From: Acidobacteriaceae bacterium
GTDB lineage: Bacteria; Acidobacteriota; Terriglobia; Terriglobales; Acidobacteriaceae
Direction of reading: 5' to 3'
NCBI GenBank assembly: GCA_025361625.1
Contig: JANYKL010000017.1
Span: 10,033-74,032, forward strand
Length of the DNA: 64,000 nucleotides
The translations under genes were made by a program, and so were the position numbers. The notes beneath the pieces were generated by a model, which was not told where the DNA came from, ran no database searches, and saw only the letters and a program-made list of their open reading frames with translations. Shown in pieces: positions 34,697 through 44,662 of the stretch; within the stretch, counting starts at the first letter, position 1, and every line of letters starts with the position of its first letter.

Positions 34697-35059
34697 ATGG
34701 AACAGCGAATCAGATTTATCGATCACAAAAACAGGCGCGTCTTGCTGCTGGATTTTTCGCGGGCCACAACGCTTGTAATGATTCCCTTGCTCGATCAGGT
34801 CAAAGCTACCGTTGCAAAACATGAACCGAAATCGGTGCTCGTGCTAGCGGATTTCGAAGGCGCCGAAATCGATCACGCTGTGGCAATGAAAATTAAACAA
34901 GTGCTGGCCCTCGACCGTCCCTTCGTGAAAAAGGCGGCTTGGGTGGGTGCCGAACATATTCCCCATGCTCTGATGGAGAACTTCCACTTCTTTTCGCAAC
35001 GCGAAACGGTAACTTTCAAAACGCGGGAAGAGGCGCTGGATTGGCTGGTAGAGGACTGA
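34697..35059 (+). CDS. hypothetical small protein, SpoIIAA/STAS-like fold suspected
   Basis: 120-aa ORF with no signal peptide. The pattern IRFIDHKNRRVLLLDFS...VLVLADFEGAEID...FVKKAAWVG resembles the STAS-like DUF family. Weak, motif-level only. Confidence 0.45.
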   Translation: MEQRIRFIDHKNRRVLLLDFSRATTLVMIPLLDQVKATVAKHEPKSVLVLADFEGAEIDHAVAMKIKQVLALDRPFVKKAAWVGAEHIPHALMENFHFFSQRETVTFKTREEALDWLVED

Positions 35060-35135
35060 CTTGCTTGCAGCCTGAAGTCGGCACTTAACGTCTTTAACTC
35101 GCTTCTCGACTTAAGTTCTTAACTTAGTACTCGAC

Positions 35136-36251
35136 TTAACTTCTCCACTTCAACGTTACGGGTCCGGCCATAGGGTGGTGAAATTCGCCGCCTTTTCGCT
35201 TCATCTCGAGCATAGCGGCCTTCAATCCGAAGTACCACTTCGCGGGACGGTCGGCGTCGTCGATTAACATCAGGTGCGGGTTATGCCTCAGTCCTTCCGA
35301 CTGTTGCTCCATGGTCACTCGATCCTGCTCTACAAATTTGGCGAAGACGAATTTCAGAAGCTCTGGGCCGAGTGGGATCCAGCGAAATAAATTCCAGGCG
35401 GCGACGACGTCGATACGGCATTGATTTCTTGTGATCGGAGTCACCGTGGTAAGGCTCGAAAACCAATATTTTCCTGCGCGAATGATTTCCGAGCGCAGAT
35501 TCGGCAACACAAAATCAATGGTAGTGGTGATCGAGTCGGCGTCGGCATACATGCGCAACAGCTTGTAGGGCGCGCTGTTTGAACTTGGGGTGTGCGCACT
35601 CATGCGGAAGCCGTAGGGGATGGGCTCGAAATTCTTTTCCTTTTCATGGATCGACTTCTGCGAGCGCCACCACCACGCTTGATGCACGAACGGGCCGTGC
35701 GCCGGGTCCATCAGTCCGATGATGCCGTGGTCGACCGAGCATGGAAGATCGGCGGTCAGATACGCGAGCTTATATTTGTCGCTGAATTTTGGGATCTCTG
35801 GGGCAGCGCTGGCCGCGGGCATGCGCTTCGTGAATCCGGCGCCCGACGGCCCAAGGTCAGGGATGAATACCCAAATGAAATCATCGCGCTCTTCGCAGTC
35901 GTAGCTGCCGGCGTAGATGCGATCGACTTTCAAAGCTTGTTCCGCGACGAGTGACGGGATCAGTTGGCATTGCCCGGAGTGGGCGTCGAATTTCCAGCCG
36001 TGGTACGAGCACTCGATTTGGGCGCCGTCGAAATTTCCGCAGGAGAGTGGCATGCCGCGGTGGGGGCATGCATCGCGGAGGGCGAAAGCGTTTCCGCTAC
36101 GGTCACGACCGATGACCATGGGCTGCTCCAGCAGCATAGTTTTAGCAAGTCGACCGCGTGCGAGTTGATTCGAGGGTAGAGCGCGATACCAGAAGCCGAA
36201 GAGCATCAGCGAATCCGGAGTCTGCTCCTGGATGGATTTTTCTTCGGGCAT
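35136..36251 (-). CDS. Rieske [2Fe-2S] non-haem iron oxygenase (PAO/KshA-like alpha subunit)
   Basis: Rieske motif CPHRGMPLSCG...CSYHGWKF. Downstream mononuclear-iron region DHGIIGLMDPAHGPFVH. Confidence 0.85.
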   Translation of the reverse strand: MPEEKSIQEQTPDSLMLFGFWYRALPSNQLARGRLAKTMLLEQPMVIGRDRSGNAFALRDACPHRGMPLSCGNFDGAQIECSYHGWKFDAHSGQCQLIPSLVAEQALKVDRIYAGSYDCEERDDFIWVFIPDLGPSGAGFTKRMPAASAAPEIPKFSDKYKLAYLTADLPCSVDHGIIGLMDPAHGPFVHQAWWWRSQKSIHEKEKNFEPIPYGFRMSAHTPSSNSAPYKLLRMYADADSITTTIDFVLPNLRSEIIRAGKYWFSSLTTVTPITRNQCRIDVVAAWNLFRWIPLGPELLKFVFAKFVEQDRVTMEQQSEGLRHNPHLMLIDDADRPAKWYFGLKAAMLEMKRKGGEFHHPMAGPVTLKWRS

Positions 36252-36312
36252 TCGAAGGTGAGAATACCGCAGACTGAAAGAAATCTAAAACTTCAGTCCC
36301 GGCCCTGGTGAG

Positions 36313-37245
36313 TTACCTACTTTGCTGCCATTCGCGATAGGCTTCGCTTTTGCCGATGCCGCGCTCTTTGGCTACTTTTTTTAACGCGGCTTTCTCATCG
36401 ACTTTTTCTTCTGTCATGATCTCGCGGACGCGCTGGCTTAGGTTCACCGTCTCAGCCACAGCCTGAATGCCGCCTTCGTCCGCCTTCGCGATGAGCAAGG
36501 TAATCTCACCTTTTACACTGCCACGCGCGCTGAACTGTTCGAGGACGTCGCGAGCGCGGCCACGCAGGAACTCTTCGTGAATCTTGGTGACTTCGCGGGC
36601 GACGACCACATGGCGTTCAGCGCCTAATATGCTGACCACATCCGAAAGCGTTTCTAAGAGCCTGTGCGGAGCTTCATAGAAGACCTGTGTCCGCGGAGAA
36701 GTCTTGAAGCTTTCGAGTAATTTGCGGCGTTGGCCGGCTTTCGACGGAAGAAAGCCGCTGAAGCGGAAGGAATCGGTAGGCAAGCCGCTCGCAACCAGAG
36801 CCGCCAGGAAAGCCGATGCGCCCGGAATCGGGATGACAGGCACGTGATGCCGGATAGCGAGAGTGATCAAGCGGAATCCAGGGTCAGAAATACCCGGCAT
36901 GCCCGCGTCGGTGACGAGGGCGATCTTGGCTCCGCCTTCGAGGTTGACGACAAGTTCGGCCGCCTTCGTCATCTCGTTGTGCTCGTGATAACTGACGAGT
37001 CTCGTCTGGATTCCGTAATGGCTGAGCAATTTGAGAGTCTGCCGCGTGTCTTCGCAGGCGATAAGATCCACTTCTTTAAGCACGCGGAGGGCTCGGAGGG
37101 TGATGTCCTCAAGATTGCCGATTGGGGTGGCGACGAGATAGAGCGATGGGCCGGCGGTAATTCCCCCGCGCTCCTTCTCGACCTCGTCGTTTTCGATCTC
37201 GTCTTTTTCGACCTCGGCCGCCTTACTGTTTTTCTTTTTACGCAT
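36313..37245 (-). CDS. rsmI: 16S rRNA (cytidine1402-2'-O)-methyltransferase
   Basis: LYLVATPIGNLEDITLRALRVLKEVDLIACEDTR and ALVTDAGMPGISDPG. A Lys/Glu-rich extension of about 30 aa precedes the conserved core. Confidence 0.88.
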   Translation of the reverse strand: MRKKKNSKAAEVEKDEIENDEVEKERGGITAGPSLYLVATPIGNLEDITLRALRVLKEVDLIACEDTRQTLKLLSHYGIQTRLVSYHEHNEMTKAAELVVNLEGGAKIALVTDAGMPGISDPGFRLITLAIRHHVPVIPIPGASAFLAALVASGLPTDSFRFSGFLPSKAGQRRKLLESFKTSPRTQVFYEAPHRLLETLSDVVSILGAERHVVVAREVTKIHEEFLRGRARDVLEQFSARGSVKGEITLLIAKADEGGIQAVAETVNLSQRVREIMTEEKVDEKAALKKVAKERGIGKSEAYREWQQSR

Positions 37246-37324
37246 GTGGGCAGTCTAGCAAGTAAAATTATTCTAAGGCGGCTGAGGGAAGAGGCAACGC
37301 GGAACCATTTAGGTAAATATCCTA

Positions 37325-37339
37325 GTTCGCCTTTTATTC
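37325..37339 (+). promoter_or_regulatory. candidate LexA (SOS) box of the GTTC-N7-GTTC direct-repeat type, one mismatch
   Basis: GTTCgccttttATTC lies about 120 nt upstream of the recA ATG. As I recall, the direct-repeat GTTCN7GTTC is the alphaproteobacterial-type LexA box also reported for Acidobacterium capsulatum. Confidence 0.3.
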
Positions 37340-37457
37340 GCTTCGTGCTAAACTGACCCAACCTTGTGTGACAGCCGGCACTTTCCGCTCCAGTCCGCGG
37401 GTGTAGGCTACGGAGATCCAACTCCGAACCGAGTTTTTATAACAGGAGCAGCCATTC

Positions 37458-38588
37458 ATGGCCGACGAGCGCAGCAACCGAGCAGATGAGCGTGTAAAGG
37501 CAATCGATCTTGCCCTTGCACAAATCGAAAAACAATTTGGCAAAGGGTCGATCATGCGGCTCGGATCAAAGGAAGCGATCGTCCCGATTGCGGTGATCTC
37601 GACCGGGGCGATTTCGTTTGACGCGGCGCTTGGAGTAGGCGGCGTTCCGCGCGGCCGGGTGGTTGAGATCTTTGGGCCGGAATCATCCGGCAAAACGACG
37701 ATTGCGCTGCAGGTGATCGCGGAGGCGCAAAAAGGTGGGGGCATGGCGGCTTTCGTCGATGCTGAGCATGCGCTTGACCCCGGATACGCTAAAAAATTGG
37801 GCGTTGATGTGGACAATCTGCTGGTTTCGCAGCCCGACTATGGAGAGCAGGCGCTCGAAATTACGGAAGCGTTGGTTCGGTCGAACGCCATCGATGTATT
37901 AGTGGTCGATTCTGTGGCAGCTCTGGTTCCGAAGGCGGAATTGGACGGTGAGATGGGCGACAGCCACATGGGATTGCAGGCGCGCTTGATGTCGCAGGCG
38001 CTGCGTAAGCTTACCGGCACCGTGGCGAAATCGCGCACGTGCCTCATTTTTATCAACCAGATTCGCGAAAAGATTGGCGTCATGTTTGGTAACCCGGAAA
38101 CGACTACCGGCGGGCGCGCGCTGAAGTTTTATTCGTCGATGCGGATCGATATCCGCCGCATTGCAGCCATAAAGGATGGAGACGTAGTCACTGGCTCCCG
38201 CACCCGCGTCAAAATCGTGAAGAACAAAGTCGCCGCGCCATTCCGCGAGGCTGAATTTGACATTCTTTATGGCGAGGGCATCTCCCGCGAAGGCGATTTG
38301 CTGGATTTGGCGGTGAACGGCAATATTCTTGAGAAGTCCGGGTCGTGGTTCAGCTATAAGGGCGAGCGCATCGGGCAGGGGCGGGAAAATGCCAGGGCCT
38401 TTCTTAAAGAAAATAAAGACACCATGGCCAAACTTGATCTCGAGGTGCGAAGGTCTCTCGGCCTGATTCCATTGCCGGCTACGCCGGTACCGACAATCGT
38501 TCCGGCGCAAGCGACTGGAACTCAAGGCAGGGTGACGACGATGCCGTCCGCGGGTGAAGCCGCAAAAGTACCCGCCGCCAGGCGGTAG
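37458..38588 (+). CDS. recA: recombinase RecA
   Basis: [18 protein letters not shown], Walker [10 protein letters not shown], and FIDAEHALD-like [11 protein letters not shown]1/L2 regions are conserved. Confidence 0.97.
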   Translation: MADERSNRADERVKAIDLALAQIEKQFGKGSIMRLGSKEAIVPIAVISTGAISFDAALGVGGVPRGRVVEIFGPESSGKTTIALQVIAEAQKGGGMAAFVDAEHALDPGYAKKLGVDVDNLLVSQPDYGEQALEITEALVRSNAIDVLVVDSVAALVPKAELDGEMGDSHMGLQARLMSQALRKLTGTVAKSRTCLIFINQIREKIGVMFGNPETTTGGRALKFYSSMRIDIRRIAAIKDGDVVTGSRTRVKIVKNKVAAPFREAEFDILYGEGISREGDLLDLAVNGNILEKSGSWFSYKGERIGQGRENARAFLKENKDTMAKLDLEVRRSLGLIPLPATPVPTIVPAQATGTQGRVTTMPSAGEAAKVPAARR

Positions 38589-38807
38589 CCGCCGGGCAAG
38601 GCTATTTTGAGGTTCGGGCGCGAAGGACTTATGCGATCTGCCGTTGGCGAGCAAGTGGCATAGGTCCTTGGCATCGCTCGCGATCCGACCAAGAGGAATC
38701 GCCTCCAAACCCAACGCCGGTTTCATCTTGCGATTGCCATCTCCGCCAGCGCCCGCATACAATCCTCTTTCCTTTGGACTTCTGAACTTCCGCATCCTCG
38801 AGGCCTC

Positions 38808-39374
38808 TTGAAGCGTATCAAAGCCATTTATCCAGGTTCGTTCGATCCTCCAACCAACGGGCACTTTGATCTCATTGAGCGTGGAAGCAAAATATTTGAC
38901 GAGCTTGTGGTTGCGATCCTGCGCAATCCGGATAAAGACCCGCTCTTCAGCGTGGCTGAGCGGCGCAAAATGCTCGAGGAGATTACTTCACATTTCGATA
39001 ACGTATCGGTCGACACTTTCGAGGGGCTCACCGTCGAATATGCGCTTCAGGTTCATGCGACTGCCATCCTGCGCGGCATCCGTGCCATCAGCGACTATGA
39101 ATATGAGTTGCAGATGGCTCTGATGAACCGCAAACTTCAGCCCGGCCTCGAAACTGTATTCATGATGCCGGCGGCCAGGTATTCCTACCTAAGTTCGCGT
39201 CTGGTGCGCGAGGTCGCGAAGCTAGGCGGCTCAATCGAGTGCCTCGTTCCCGAAGTCGTGATGCAGAGACTTCGTGAGAAAATAGATGTCGCTCACAAAT
39301 TTGCCGACGGCGAGGATTCTGACGCGAGCAGAAATCTGGCTCCGAAGAGCCGGTTGAGAAAAAGAAAGAAATAA
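38808..39374 (+). CDS. coaD: pantetheine-phosphate adenylyltransferase
   Basis: KAIYPGSFDPPTNGHFDLIERG (T/HxGH motif), RGIRAISDYEYE, and YSYLSSRLVREV. TTG start. Basic C-terminal tail of about 25 aa. Confidence 0.9.
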   Translation: MKRIKAIYPGSFDPPTNGHFDLIERGSKIFDELVVAILRNPDKDPLFSVAERRKMLEEITSHFDNVSVDTFEGLTVEYALQVHATAILRGIRAISDYEYELQMALMNRKLQPGLETVFMMPAARYSYLSSRLVREVAKLGGSIECLVPEVVMQRLREKIDVAHKFADGEDSDASRNLAPKSRLRKRKK

Positions 39375-39381
39375 AACGACT

Positions 39382-40587
39382 ATGAGCTCCGTAGTAACTT
39401 CCGTGACCCACCCCGTCCAGTTGGCGGCGCGCATCAACCGCATCGAGCCCTCCGCCACGATGGCGGCTGTTGCCGAAGCCGACAAGTTGCGGCAGCAAGG
39501 CATCGACGTCGTCGACATGACCGCGGGCGAGCCGCATTTCGCCACGCCGCAACACGTGAAGGATGCAGCCATTGCTGCCATCGTCGGCAATTTTTCGAAA
39601 TACACGGCGGTCGGCGGAACGATCGAACTGAAAGACGCGATCCGCGCGCGCCACGCCGCGGATTTCAAATCCGCCTACTCGCGCGAGGAGACATGTGCGT
39701 CGACCGGCGGCAAGCACGCGCTTTTCAATGCGATTTCGGTGCTTGTCGATCACGGCGACGAGGTGAGTCTGCCGGTTCCGTACTGGGTGTCGTTCAAAGA
39801 TATGGTGCGCTATGCCGGCGGCGACTGCGTTCTGCTCGAGGCCGACGAGTCGCAGGGCTTTCGCGTGACCTCGCAGATGGTCGAGCGGCTGATCACTCCG
39901 AAAACGAAGCTTATCATTCTGAACTCACCATCGAACCCGTCGGGGGCTGTAATCAGTCCGCAGGACATGGCGTCAATCATCCGATTAGCGCATGAGCGCG
40001 GCATCTGGGTGATTTCTGACGAGTGCTATGTCTACCTTAATTACACGGGTAAGAATTTTTCTGTCGTATCGCTTGGTGAGTATCGTGATCGCTTTCTGGT
40101 GGTCGGGTCGTTGTCGAAGACATACGCCATGACAGGATGGCGCATGGGATTCACGCTAGGGCCCGCTAAAGTGATCAGCGCGGTCCAGAAATTGCAGAGC
40201 CAATCGACTTCGAATCCGACATCGATCGTGCAAAAGGCGGCCGTTGCCGCACTTGCCGGATCACAGGAGTGCGTCGCGGAGATGCGCGCTGAGTACATTA
40301 CGCTCCGCGATCAGATCGTGAACGGATTGCGAGCAATACCTGGAATCAAATGCACCATGCCGGAAGGCGCGTTTTATGTTTATCCGAATGTTTCCGCTTT
40401 TTTTGGAAAGGGCGGGGCGAACTCTGCTGCCGATATTGCGCATGGCCTTCTGCATGAAGCTCACGTCGCAACCGTTTCGGGCGAAGGCTTTGGAACGACC
40501 GACCACGTTCGAATTTCGTACGCGACGACGCGCCAGAATATTGATAAGGCGGTCCAGCGAATGGCTGAGTATTTCGGGCATTTGTAA
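39382..40587 (+). CDS. pyridoxal-phosphate-dependent aminotransferase (aspartate aminotransferase class I)
   Basis: NSPSNPSGAV, the SLSKTYAMTGWRMG PLP-lysine motif, and RISYAT near the C-terminus. Confidence 0.9.
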   Translation: MSSVVTSVTHPVQLAARINRIEPSATMAAVAEADKLRQQGIDVVDMTAGEPHFATPQHVKDAAIAAIVGNFSKYTAVGGTIELKDAIRARHAADFKSAYSREETCASTGGKHALFNAISVLVDHGDEVSLPVPYWVSFKDMVRYAGGDCVLLEADESQGFRVTSQMVERLITPKTKLIILNSPSNPSGAVISPQDMASIIRLAHERGIWVISDECYVYLNYTGKNFSVVSLGEYRDRFLVVGSLSKTYAMTGWRMGFTLGPAKVISAVQKLQSQSTSNPTSIVQKAAVAALAGSQECVAEMRAEYITLRDQIVNGLRAIPGIKCTMPEGAFYVYPNVSAFFGKGGANSAADIAHGLLHEAHVATVSGEGFGTTDHVRISYATTRQNIDKAVQRMAEYFGHL

Positions 40588-40714
40588 ACGTAACGGCGGT
40601 GCCTTCCTGAGAGTTGCTTTTGAGGTACGAGCAGATGGTTCTGAACGGAGCGAAGGATCTGCTCTGGTGAACTCCACGGCTCCAGTCACATCGCCAAATT
40701 AGTTTTCAGCCTCA

Positions 40715-41728
40715 ATGACTCAACTCTATCCGTTCCTCATGGCTCCCGCCTTTGACCCGCGCCCGTGGGGCACGCTTGATCTGTCCGCCATCTATCCGAA
40801 TGCAAAATTCAACGAGCGTATCGGCGAGGCGTGGCTGACCGGCGATGACTGCGCTGTCACGAATGGTCCATTAGCCCGAAAATCACTATCGCAACTCAGC
40901 CAGGAATTTGGCGCCGAACTCGTTGGCACGGCGGCGCGCGATCCTCGGCGCTTTCCGTTGCTGCTTAAATTTTTATTTCCGGAAGAGAAGCTCTCTGTCC
41001 AGGTTCATCCAGACGACGCGATGGCGCAGCGAATGGCTGAGCCCTGGGGCAAGACTGAGTGCTGGTATGTAGCTCACGCGAAACCGGGCGCGCAAATCGC
41101 GCTTGGACTAAAGCCTGGAGTGACGATTTCGCAATTTGAGCAATCGATTCATGAAAATCGCGCGGAAGAGTTGCTGAACTGGATCAACGTTTATCAGGGA
41201 GAAATGATCTACGTCGCTGGTGGCACGGTGCATACGCTTGGGCCAGGCGCGGTGATTGTTGAGACGCAACAGCAGTCGGACACTACATTCCGTCTTTACG
41301 ATTACGGGCGCGCGCGCCCGTTGCATCTTGAACGCGGACTCATGTCAGTCAAGGAAAAAACAGCTTCTGGCAAAACAATTCGCCCCGCGCCCGCCACGAT
41401 TCATGGTGGAAAGAGCCGTCATTCTTCGATGATTGCCGCACCTTATTTCGCCGTGGATCTTTTCGAGTTGAAAGAACCCCACGTGTTCACGACGCAGGCG
41501 GCAGGAAAGGAGCACGGCGGCAAAACATCCGTGCAAATTCTGGTTGCCGTCGAAGGTTGCGGAGTGGTGGAAGTGCAGGGACGCGATCCGGTGACGTTGA
41601 CAAAAGGCGATGCCGTAGTGGTTCCATCGGCAGTGGAGAGTTTCACGGTGCGTCCGCAATGGGCGGTCGAGTTCTTAAAGGCAAGTATTCCTGCGGGACG
41701 TGTTCCAGAGCCCGCGACTCGCATGTAA
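40715..41728 (+). CDS. manA: class I mannose-6-phosphate isomerase
   Basis: LSVQVHPDD, KTECWYV and GTVHTLGPG are cupin/PMI type I motifs. Confidence 0.8.
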   Translation: MTQLYPFLMAPAFDPRPWGTLDLSAIYPNAKFNERIGEAWLTGDDCAVTNGPLARKSLSQLSQEFGAELVGTAARDPRRFPLLLKFLFPEEKLSVQVHPDDAMAQRMAEPWGKTECWYVAHAKPGAQIALGLKPGVTISQFEQSIHENRAEELLNWINVYQGEMIYVAGGTVHTLGPGAVIVETQQQSDTTFRLYDYGRARPLHLERGLMSVKEKTASGKTIRPAPATIHGGKSRHSSMIAAPYFAVDLFELKEPHVFTTQAAGKEHGGKTSVQILVAVEGCGVVEVQGRDPVTLTKGDAVVVPSAVESFTVRPQWAVEFLKASIPAGRVPEPATRM

Positions 41729-41814
41729 GCAGCGCCACGTTTGGTTTTCTTGCGCGCCTCTAGCCCTACCGCGATCACCCTATTACCGCCGTCCCTTTGA
41801 CTCCAGCGGCGGCA

Positions 41815-42966
41815 ATGGTAGGCTTTTCGTACATCGTGAAGATAAAACCGAATTTTTATCCTGTGATTCTTGCTGGCGGCCGGGGAACGCGCTTCTGGCC
41901 GCTAAGCCGGAAACGCCGCGCCAAGCAGTTGCTGGCGCTCGATGGCAAGCAGACGATGATTCAGCAGACTGTCGCTCGGCTTACTCCAATGGCCGCGCAG
42001 GGCCGGTTCTGGATCATCACAAATGATGACCTTCGAACTGCGATTCAGCGCCAGCTTCCGAAGGTTTCTTCGAAACAGATTATCGCCGAGCCCGCTGCGC
42101 GCAATACCGCTCCGGCGATTGGGCTGGCGGCATTTCTTTTGCTTCGCCACGATCCTGAAGCTGTCCTGGGACTGTTCCCCTCTGACCACGTCATCGCGAA
42201 CCCGGATGCTTATCGCGCCACGCTCGCTCGCGGGATTGAGATTGCGGCGTCCGGTGACAACATTGTCGTGCTGGGCATCACGCCGACGCGGCCCGAGACC
42301 GGCTACGGCTACATCGAAGCGGGTGCCGCATCGGGTCCCTCGTCATCGTCATCGTCGTTCTCGTCCTTTAGCGTTCGCCGCTTCACCGAGAAGCCCGATC
42401 TCATTCGAGCCCGGCAATTTGTGGAGGCACGGAATTTTTACTGGAACAGCGGCATGTTTCTTTGGCGTGCGGATACTCTAGCCAACGCTCTGCGTGAACA
42501 TTTGCCTAAGACTGCGCCGCTCCTTGAACAAATCGCCGCGGCTTACGGGACGAAGAAATTCAAAGCGACCTTTCGCAAGCTTTATCCGAAATGCGAAAAC
42601 ATCAGCATCGATTACGCTGTGCTCGAACCCCGCTCTGCGAAGGGAGAGACGCGGTCGAAAATATTCTGTCTGCCCTCTGATTTTGGGTGGAACGACCTCG
42701 GCTCATGGACGGCGCTGCATGAGCACCGCGTTGCGAAAACGAATCCTGCTGATTCTACGCCGATATCGTCTGCCGGAAGTTTTAGCCACAACGCGACAAA
42801 TAACTACGTTCACGCTCCGAAGAAGTTCGTAGCGCTGGTCGGAGTGAGCAATCTAGTCATCGTCGAAACCGATGACGCTTTGCTTATTACTGCCCTTGAT
42901 CAGTCGCAGGATGTTGGAAAAGTAATAAAGTATCTGGACGAGAAAAAACTTCATAGGCTGGTCTGA
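41815..42966 (+). CDS. mannose-1-phosphate guanylyltransferase
   Basis: PVILAGGRGTRFWPLSR, EPAARNTAPAIGLAA, and GYGYIE. Start is uncertain (41797, 41815 or 41836). Contains a poly-Ser insertion SGPSSSSSSFSSFS. Confidence 0.85.
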   Translation: MVGFSYIVKIKPNFYPVILAGGRGTRFWPLSRKRRAKQLLALDGKQTMIQQTVARLTPMAAQGRFWIITNDDLRTAIQRQLPKVSSKQIIAEPAARNTAPAIGLAAFLLLRHDPEAVLGLFPSDHVIANPDAYRATLARGIEIAASGDNIVVLGITPTRPETGYGYIEAGAASGPSSSSSSFSSFSVRRFTEKPDLIRARQFVEARNFYWNSGMFLWRADTLANALREHLPKTAPLLEQIAAAYGTKKFKATFRKLYPKCENISIDYAVLEPRSAKGETRSKIFCLPSDFGWNDLGSWTALHEHRVAKTNPADSTPISSAGSFSHNATNNYVHAPKKFVALVGVSNLVIVETDDALLITALDQSQDVGKVIKYLDEKKLHRLV

Positions 42967-43042
42967 GATATCCGCTTTCGATGGATTTCAACACAGTTAT
43001 GAAAAATGGTTGCAAACATCGATATACACATCGCTATAAAGC

Positions 43043-44461
43043 ATGACGCAAATTAAATTTGGCACCGATGGCTGGCGCGGATTAATCGCCGACGACTTTA
43101 CTTTCGAGAACGTGCGCCGCGTGGCGTCCGCGATCGCGGGCTACGTATTAAAGAACGAAGACCCGAAACGAGGCATCATCGTTGGCTACGACACCCGCTT
43201 TTTATCCGACCGCGCAGCGCGGGTGGTGGCCGAGGTTATTGCGGCCGCCGGCATTCCGGTGAAGCTTGCCTCCGATTACGTTCCCACTCCAGCGGTGTCT
43301 TACAACGTGAAAAAGCTTGGCGCTGCAGGTGGAGTGATGGTCACTTCCAGCCATAATCCCTGGAATTGGAACGGCGTAAAATTCAAGGGCAAGTTTGGAG
43401 GCTCAGCCACGCCTGCAATCATGAAGGCCATCGAGCAGGAAATGGCCTCTCCGCAAACGCCGAGGAACGGCGCTCCGGCGGAAATCGAAGAGATCGATCT
43501 TAAAGCCGCCTACGTTGAAGCGATCACACAGTTTGCCGATCTTGAAATGATTCGCAACGCGAAGTTCAAGTTTGCGATCGATGCCATGTATGGCTCAGGC
43601 CGCGGCATTCTGCCTAGGATATTTGATGCCAACGGAATCAGCTATGTGGCAATCCGCCAGGAAGTGAACCCGCTGTTCCCGGGAATTAATCCGGAACCAA
43701 TCTTGCCGCACATCTCGATGCTGCAAGAGACGGTGGTAAAAGAACAATGCCACGCAGGCCTCGCGATCGATGGCGACGCCGACCGCATTGGAGCGGTCGC
43801 CGAAGATGGCAGCTTTGTCGATTCGCATAAGTGCATGTCGGTTTTACTGAACTGGCTTCTGGTGCGTAAACAATGGCCGGGTGACGTGGTGCGCGCCTTC
43901 AACACCACAGGCATGCTTGACCGCATCGCAGCCAAACATGGACGCAAGCTCCACGAAACTTCGATCGGTTTCAAATATATTGCCGATCTTATGATGGAGC
44001 ACGAAATCCTGATTGGCGGCGAAGAATCCGGCGGCATCGGTTATAGCCGATTTATCCCAGAGCGCGACGGCATTTTGAACGCGCTGCTGCTCGCGAATGT
44101 GATGGCGGAAGAGAAGAAACCGCTGGGCAAACTCGTGTCTGACCTGCAGCAGGAGTACGGCCCGCATTACTACGGACGGCGTGACCTGCATATTTCCGAC
44201 GAAATCAAGAACGACGCAATTCGCCGCGTCTCAGGCGCGGAAACCAAAAAGATTGGCGCCTATAACATTCTGCGCAAAGAAAACCGCGACGGTTTAAAGA
44301 GTTATCTCGACGCGCCCAAAAACGGCAGTGGCGCAGACGCGTGGGTTTTGCTCCGCGCCTCGGGTACAGAGCCTCTTCTGCGTTGCTATGCGGAAGCCGC
44401 GACTGCCGCGCTGGTCGAGGAGATTCTTGAAAGCGGCGAGCGCTTTGTCCGCCAAACATAG
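43043..44461 (+). CDS. phosphomannomutase/phosphoglucomutase
   Basis: FGTDGWRG, the active-site loop TSSHNPWNWNG, the metal loop DGDADR, and GEESGG. Confidence 0.88.
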   Translation: MTQIKFGTDGWRGLIADDFTFENVRRVASAIAGYVLKNEDPKRGIIVGYDTRFLSDRAARVVAEVIAAAGIPVKLASDYVPTPAVSYNVKKLGAAGGVMVTSSHNPWNWNGVKFKGKFGGSATPAIMKAIEQEMASPQTPRNGAPAEIEEIDLKAAYVEAITQFADLEMIRNAKFKFAIDAMYGSGRGILPRIFDANGISYVAIRQEVNPLFPGINPEPILPHISMLQETVVKEQCHAGLAIDGDADRIGAVAEDGSFVDSHKCMSVLLNWLLVRKQWPGDVVRAFNTTGMLDRIAAKHGRKLHETSIGFKYIADLMMEHEILIGGEESGGIGYSRFIPERDGILNALLLANVMAEEKKPLGKLVSDLQQEYGPHYYGRRDLHISDEIKNDAIRRVSGAETKKIGAYNILRKENRDGLKSYLDAPKNGSGADAWVLLRASGTEPLLRCYAEAATAALVEEILESGERFVRQT

Positions 44462-44662
44462 CCACTCGCGCGGGCCTTTCTGCCTTCGGGCACCGACTCG
44501 GGGTTTTGCCAATGTGCCGGCTATGTCGTGTTAATTTCCTCGCTAAGTCGTAGCGACGATTTGCTGGCAATGTTCTGGCGCTCGGGGATGCGGGGGTAAG
44601 ATAATAGAGCGCTACCGAGGATTCCTATTCGGCTTCAATCTTTACTCGTAAGTTCTATTTTG

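Noticed and set aside
35060-35135. Short direct repeats (CTCGACTTAA twice, TTAAC several times) between convergent genes
   Set aside because: The repeats are only about 10 nt, AT-richer spacer DNA with no hairpin or array structure. This is probably chance or a decayed terminator region.
37334-38864. Long minus-strand ORFs (160 aa and 321 aa) overlapping recA
   Set aside because: They are antisense to a perfectly conserved recA. They are Arg/Pro/Ala-rich with no motifs. These are shadow ORFs.
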